A DNA stretch of 64,000 nucleotides from Trypethelium eluteriae. Lineage: Eukaryota. The stretch spans positions 1-64,000 of the forward strand of contig JAVECL010000038.1 of assembly GCA_051942245.1 (NCBI GenBank). The letters are read 5' to 3'. The notes below the pieces were generated by a model, which saw only the letters and a list, made by a program, of their open reading frames with translations, was not told the origin of the DNA and did no database searches. Positions 57,110-64,000 of the stretch are shown piece after piece (position 1 is the first letter of the stretch; every line of letters starts with the position of its first letter). A program made the position numbers and the translations under genes.

Positions 57110-60100
57110 TTATCCTCTTCTCGAGCTTGCCATTTCGCCAAATTTACCTCGTTCTCTCGTGGTATCATAAGCTTGTAGAACACGTGCTTGTGACTCGTCG
57201 GTTTGCGAGAAAGCATAGCCACGCTGCTTGCGCATGCGCTGTACTTGACGCACCTTGCGAATGGCCTTTTGGAACTGTTCCATCCTATCGAGACATTAGA
57301 AATGGGAAGTCTGGAATGTAGGTTAAGAGGACAATTACATACCGTGGTCTGTAGTCTTGGATATTGTACTTCTGTATCTCCTGGACGTGATGATACGGTT
57401 GCGGGTAGTACATTCGTTTAGCGCTGTACTCTTGTTAGCATCGCGAGACTAGAACAAAAGTGCCATGGAGATGTCTTACTACTTCCAAGCAAAATCTCTT
57501 AGGAGAGCTAAGATCGGCAGTACCAAACCCATCAACCAGAATACCGGACTCCCAAACGTCCTTGGAATTGTGCCAAAGTATTCCGTTGAGAAATTTAACT
57601 TGGGTGCTACGGTTCCGTACGCTGGCAAGAAAGCCAGCCATACTAGTATGCTCCCTGGGATCGCAATTACCTGGTACTTCGTCCAGATATTAGTCACGAG
57701 CGCTGCTTTCCCCAGCACCGTCACCAAACCAGCCTGGTACAGCGTGCTGCCCCAGACCCAGTGACCCGCGATTTTGCCGTCGCCTTGGGGAAGATCGTCG
57801 TAAAAGATGAGCTCAGAGCCAAAGTAGAGGATGAGAGAGTGGTAGAAGCCATTCAGGACCCAAGAGAGGAAGGAGTGCATTTTGAAAAAGTACCCCTTCT
57901 GGGTGAGCTGGTAGAGCTGAGGGTAGCGGTCGAGAAGGCGCGCGGAGACAAACTGATCAAAGATGCCAAGGACAAAAGGAGGCATGACGGTGAATAGAAC
58001 ATTGTAGAATGTCAGAGTCCAGGATTCGAAGATAACTTGGCCAGAGAAGCCATTTTGGAAGGTGTACTGGTTCGATGAAGTGAGCTTTGCATAATTAGAT
58101 CAGGAGTGAGTTGAGAATGACATACCCAGAATTGTGTCATGAAGAGCACAACATTCTTGTAAAAGGAGTAGAGGATTGTCCTGCTGACACGATGATAACT
58201 CCAAGACCCGTGTACGAGGAGAAGCTTGCGTAAATATCGAAATTGTCCGATTGATACGTCGGCACTTCTGGCGGCTTGCAAACCTTCCATGCCACTAATG
58301 CCGACGCCAACATGCGCTGCTTGAATCATTGATACGTCGTTAGCACCATCACCAACGGCGAGTAGGATGGCCTTAAGATGTCGCTTCACGAGCTTGACGA
58401 CCAGCGCTTTCTGTAGAGGGGAGACACGACTGCAATGATTCAGTGTGTGACCAAATGTTTTCTGACTGCAAACATACCAGCAAATGACCGCCTTACATAG
58501 GACCGCCAAGTCTAGAAACATCTTATCTAAATCCTTCTCTAGCGCATACGTCAGACTCTTTCCATCGATTACCAGAGCCAAGGTCTCTAATTCCATTCCG
58601 CCGTCTGTTTGACTCTTGATGGCATTTAGCTTCTTAGAAATATTATCTCTGGTTGCTTCGAGACTGTCCTCGTTCACGATCAATAGCGTCATGTCTTCGC
58701 TAATCAGCTTGCAGCTCATTCCGATATTAATCGCTGTCTCTTGTCTGTCGCCAGTCAACACCCAGACTTTGATGCCTGCTGTTTGGAGCGTGTGAATCGT
58801 CTCAGGCACGCCGTCTTGGAGTTTATCTTCAATGGCCGTAGCTCCCAGAAGCTGAAAATCATGCTCGATGAGCTCAGCTGCCTTGTCCAGCTCGTCTGCA
58901 CGATTACCACCGACGGTGGTTGCGGCACGATCAAACACTTGTTTCCATTCTTCAAACTCGGAATCGGGGACTTCCCTCATAGCAAGGCAAAGTGTTCGGA
59001 GACCTTGTGCAGCATATTCTTCCAGATGCTGCAGCGTAGGCTCCACAATACCGGACGAGTCCTTGCCGAGACGTTCTAAGATGACAGTGTCTGCACCTTT
59101 CGTATAGCAGCGTACTTTACCGTCTGGGCAACGAAAGATAGTGCTCATGCGTTTGCGGGTAGAATTGAACTCGCAAACAGCAAGCAGCTCGTACTCGTAC
59201 TCTTGGCCATTGACAAGAATGGTAACAGACCGAGGCTTGCGTGCAACAAACTTGTACCCTAAAGTAACAGCGCCTTCGACGAGGGCCCCCTCATCGGGAG
59301 AAGCGGCTTGGTATTTGATCACGCCGGGCTTCTCGGCTTTAGTTTCAGGAATAACAGTGTGGCAAGTCGCTAAAAGCGCAAGGAAATGGTGCATGATCTC
59401 ACGAGTGGGATGTGTTTGCAACCTATCTTCAACCTCTTTGAAGTCGTGGATGCCAAGCTCAATCCCGTCCTGCACAATCAATTTCCTGTCTTCAGGAACT
59501 TCGTCGGCGTACTGAACACCGGCAATGGAGCATTGCCGGAACTCCATTTGGTTACAGGTCAACGTGCCCGTCTTGTCCGAAAAAATGTATTCAACTTGGC
59601 CGAGCTCTTCTACAAGCGATGAGGTGCGACAATTTGCAGGCGTATCTCGCTTATCGTAGTACATGTCGAGATCTGAGTCGATGAGAATAGCTTGTGCGTA
59701 TTTGACGAGTTCCACGGTGACGAAGAGCGAAATGGGAACTAAGTTGGAATACAGCACCCAGTATGTTAGGATGTCAAGAAAGAAGTGGCCCACGGCAGAC
59801 CCTGCGTTGACGCTGCCAATGTTTAGATAAAAAAGCTCGCCTGACTCTGTTGCCCGAATGATCAAGTCGCCAACGGAGCTGATGATACTACAGGTTATCA
59901 AGATAGCACCAAGAAGGAGGATTTGAACATTGACCATACGCTCAACCTCGGTTTTTTTGATAGGTGTGGCGGTTGCATTTCGCATGAGCTTAGTCTGATG
60001 CCCAGTGAAGACAACCACTCCATGGATCCACGGTGTGTTGCGCAAGGTGGCCCCTCGAAGAAGAAGCTGCTCAGGATTAAGAGGCAGTTCCTTCTCACCC

Positions 60101-61410
60101 CCGCCCGCTTGCATCGTCAAAGTTGCTTCGTAGGTGTAGAGACTGCTATTAGGCTGTTCAGACCGTATCCGACCACCCAGTCGGCTCAAGTCATTTGGGC
60201 TAACAAGATTCGAGGTCTCAGGAACAGCTTGCTTGATTTTGAGATTAGTCTCGCCGTCCAAATTTGCTGTCTCGATGTAACATAGGCCCTCAGGTTCGGA
60301 ACTTGCAAGAAGCACCAAGTCGGCTGGAAAAGGCTGTTCAGATTCGACTCGGATGATGTCTCCGACAGCTACGTTGATCCATTTGACCTCTTGAAAGGAA
60401 GAGCCTTTTAATACAAAAGCCTTCGCGTGGTTGAGCAAGCTATCAGAGGCTCTTCTTCTATAGTCTTCGACCAATTCCTTTATTGCAGAGACGAGAAGGA
60501 CAATGCCCAGAGGGACAATGGTTGTAAATCGATTCGTCGGTGAAACGTTGGGTATTTGCTGAAGAATGGCAGTGAATAGGAAGAAGATGTTGGCATATTT
60601 TGAGAACTGTTCGAATAGAAATTTCGGTAGGAAAGTCGCGACGTTATACTTGGTCGTGGAAACATGGTTGTCGACGTACTTGTTCGCTTGGTTCGCTGGT
60701 GGATTGTTCAAGTGTATTATTCGCGGTCCCAGAGTGGAAGGATCTGGCTGCCCTCTTCCGAAGCCGAATTTGAACTTTCCAGCGTCAAATTTTCTGGATG
60801 AAGATGACCGCTGGCCACTAGCTGACGCTGTATCGCCTCGGAACGGCATAACTCCAGCTTCTGTGAGTGGGACGTCCATTTCCGAGTACTGTGGACCCAT
60901 GCCAAGCATATTCTTTGCGCGAGCCATCATTCCACCTCCCATACTCAACACACTATTTCGATTTCTGCTCCGGCTCTGCCCAGGCATAACTGGAGATTCT
61001 GCCTCGTCTAATCCCCCTGCTGCATAGTATCCCTGCATAGATCTATCATCGTCTTCTAGGCCCTCCATGTCGGAGTATGCTTGGTAATTGTTCAGACCGG
61101 ATGTTTGGGAGTACTGACGGTTGACTTCGGCACCGAGGAAAGGAGGTCGATGGCCAGCGGGAGATGCATCTGAGTTTCCGGGTAGGCCAGCGGTGGAGCT
61201 ATCACCGCCCACAAAATCATCGTAAGTGACGGATGGTCGTGATTGCGCTGCCTCCGGATTTGTAGCATTGTAGTGACGCGACACGTTCTCGTCGTTCGGA
61301 GGAGGAGGTTTGCCGTCAGAGTAGTAAGGCTGTGAGCCTTCTATGTCGAGAAGAAGATCATTGTTCCCTTTCTCGGGCCCTTGCCCTTCTCCGGGCATCC
61401 TGCCTGCCAT
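57110..61410 (-). CDS. DRS2: P4-ATPase phospholipid flippase, 4 introns near the 3' end
   Basis: NLDGETNLK, PISLFV, DKTGTLT, LTGDRQETA, GDGANDVSM, QQ substrate motif (ILQQIP) and C-terminal RKQRGYAFSQ. Confidence 0.96.
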
Positions 61411-62095
61411 CGTTGAGCCCCCCTCTTGATTGCTCGTTGCAGGACTTGGCAACCTCCGCTACGGCGGCTGCATCCAGAAGTTCCGATACTCACCGCTAAC
61501 TGGTGGATACTTCTATTCCTGAAAGACTGCCCGTTGCAGGTGGCGAAACAATGCCTTTAATATTCCCCAGAGCTACTTCATCTTTGACGGCCGGTGAGGG
61601 AATGTGCTAGAGGGAATCGACGCTGCGGTACGGTTGGACGTGGATCAAACTGCCGCGGAAGATAGCGGAAACTGAAAAGTTTCTTGGAGCTCGTGTCGGG
61701 TACTCAGATGATTTCAGCTGATCGCGAAGGCCGTTTCTTCGAATCCATAGACCCTGGACCTGGGTTGGTGGAGCGCGGTGACGATTGTCTGGGGCTTGGC
61801 CGCAAGCCGCAGCCGCAGCCGCAAGAGCATCCATGCGTTTCAGAACGCCAAGCTCCGCGGGCCTGCATCCTCAGTGTTTGTCATGTCTGGACAAATGGAA
61901 CCCCTCAAAGATGTCATATATTCACCGGATTTCGCCCTCGTAGCAGGATGAAGTAAGGTTCAGGTGCAAAGATTACGGTTGTCCCGAGATGCCTCCTTAC
62001 TCGTCCACTACAAGAACTGATCACTTTGACCTCTCAGACTTTTTTTTCTTTCTATTCATGTAGTGTATGCCTAATCTAGGTAGCTGGACTGCTTC

Positions 62096-63164
62096 TCATC
62101 TGTCTGCAAGCATGTTCCGTATTGAGGACCAGTACTGGCGGGTCACGAAACCTTGGATCTCCTCCTTAGATAGCCATTGATAGTCTGTATCGCCAAAAGC
62201 ATTCTGAGCCAAACTCGCCTGCCCTGCCATAATTCTCGCCTTCATGAAGAATATTTTCTCTCCTAGCTCTTCCACATTCTCGTACTCGCGCCAGGAACTC
62301 TTTCGAAAGTCGAACTGATAATGCCCAATAGGCACATTTCCCACTACCCAAGTATTCATGTTGATGCCCGCTGTCTGGACAAGAAGTCGTTCAGCGCTCT
62401 GCAACACATTAGCCAGGTTAACGATGACGCTCCGATTGTGGTTGAGAGGAGCATACTGTGTGTAGGCTTTCCTTTCCCATCAATCGGGTATGAGGAAAGG
62501 TCCACCTCCCCTCCGAGTTCTTGACCAACAGGTACAGCGATTGTTGTAGTAACCGGTCCAGACTCTTCGTATCTCCTTTTTGGTCTGATTCAGTGATCCT
62601 GGACATAGGTCTCTCAATGGGCTCCCTTTTCAAAGCAGATCCGCCCTCCTCATCGCTCACAGCCGGGGGCTCAGCATCCTTCAGCAATGCTTCAACTTGA
62701 TGTTCCGGCTCGCTTTCTGGTGCTCCCACCAGCAATTCATCATTCCATGCCTCCGTACCGTAACCAGAATATACGCCAATTTCGCGAGCCGCTGTGAGCC
62801 TATGTTTGGCCTTTCGCTTCCACTCCTTGTCTTCTGCCGAATCTCTTTTGAAGTAGAAATATCTGGAGAAAGGGAGAGCACATCTTTCATTGAGCCGCCG
62901 TTGGTATAAATAGAAAGCCTTTTCAAAAGGGGTAAGGTCGCGAGTGATTTGAGGAGGCCGAGAAAGGACGACACCGGCGCGGACTTGGTAGGCGAGCTGA
63001 GGACTCGAAGAAGGAAGTGCTGAAGGATCAATATCATCAATGCGGTGTTCCCCCTCTGCTATTGCTGCGGCTGCCGAAGCATGCCTTCGCTGGCGGGAGA
63101 TGGTCGCGCGACAAGACTTGCAAAGGCGAACACTTGTCCGCGAGCCTGAAAATATCTCAATCAT
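62096..63164 (-). CDS. MRPL17: Mitochondrial large ribosomal subunit protein mL46; intron 62399-62456
   Basis: AGVVLSRPPQITRDLTPFEKAFY, RITESDQKGDTKSLDRLL, ESLHT|SAER, GINMNTWVVGNVP and KIFFMKARIMAGQ. Confidence 0.9.
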
Positions 63165-63723
63165 GATGTATTAAGAGACTGTTATTTGCCTGCCAGTAAA
63201 TGGAATGAAGAACGAAGCGCTCTTTGAACACGCGGTCATGATGGTCGCGAGCACAATATCACAGATGGAGAAGTTCTGCGTTACGAAGCTCGAAATTCAA
63301 GCAGGGGTTCTTTACGCCAATCTCAAAAGAGACTAAAGCGCATTCTGCGCCGCCTCCTTCAGAGACCACTTTGGAGCCGCACAACTGCTTTTTCATTTCA
63401 AGGCATCAACCTTATCTTCGATTGCTTCTTACGTTCCACAGCATATTGATCATTTAAGATGCCAAGAATGAATTCGAGCAGTCTTTTCGCTAGCAGCATC
63501 CTCATATTCTCCAAGGCCTGCTGTTAGATAGATACTGCTGACATCTTCCCCCGAATCAGGGTATCTCTCCTGAAGACGCGCTATTTGAATGGATGAGGGA
63601 GTTTGGATAGGCGAGAGGGTATCAGGATTCTGTCTTCGCCTCCTCTATACCTTGGCGATTCTATGATTTCAGTTTCTCCGGGTCCATTGAAAAATAGAAA
63701 CTTGATCATTCAAAGCACGCATA

Positions 63724-64000
63724 ATGGTTGATCCTGTTTCCCTTGTCAGCCTTGCCGCTCTGGTTGGAGACATTATTTGGAAAGTCTACGAGTATGGAAA
63801 GGAGGTAAAAGAATGGAGATCTGAGAGACGAGCTTTATGGGAGGAACTTTTCGCTCTGAAAGGCGTTCTAGAGCACACACAACAACGCTACGAGTACTTT
63901 CAAGCGACCGACGACCCAATGAATGGTACCACGCCATTTATGCAATCCAAAGAGTTTCGTGAGATGATCCTTAGCACTAAAGAGTTCCTAGATGATCTAT
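63724..64000 (+). CDS. Probable fungal NLR/STAND protein, N-terminal helical (Helo-like/SesA-type) domain; 3' part outside the window
   Basis: Open frame of 92 codons to the window edge, not in the ORF track: MVDPVSLVSLAALVGDIIWKVYEYGKEVKEWRSERRALWEELFALKGVLEH..., matching the MDPxS...Y...VK...E...L..EL..L...L pattern. Confidence 0.65.
   Translation, partial: MVDPVSLVSLAALVGDIIWKVYEYGKEVKEWRSERRALWEELFALKGVLEHTQQRYEYFQATDDPMNGTTPFMQSKEFREMILSTKEFLDDL

Overview
Gene-dense eukaryotic DNA from a filamentous ascomycete (Pezizomycotina). The evidence is short GT-AG introns with CTRAC/CTAAC branch sites and fungal-type proteins. I can support about 28 protein-coding genes. A conserved housekeeping scaffold (ALG5, IWR1, URA4, PFS2, a DGAT1-like MBOAT, MAPEG, SGF73, CWC24, Acinus-like, PIC2, PDA1, DRS2, MRPL17) is interleaved with accessory genes: an isochorismatase-family hydrolase, a mini Myb-like protein, a ZZ-finger plus 21-bp-repeat orphan that carries a frameshift, a type II FMO, a secreted Asp-box hydrolase, two single-pass surface-sensor-like proteins flanking an intronless bacterial-type (YgeA/RacX-like) amino-acid racemase, an NCS1 permease, a ToxA-like methyltransferase, a small secreted orphan, and a dienelactone hydrolase/Zn2Cys6/TauD/MFS block. 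The window ends in the N-terminus of a probable fungal NLR/STAND protein. I could not support any tRNA, rRNA, CRISPR array or intact transposon. The most interesting observations are the racemase island, the long structured first intron of the polyadenylation factor PFS2, the frameshifted heptad-repeat gene, the catabolic four-gene block with CYS3/MetR-like sites, and recurrent orientation-independent C-rich-to-G-rich skew-switch islands. Exon boundaries were read by eye, and family assignments come from motif recognition, not database searches.
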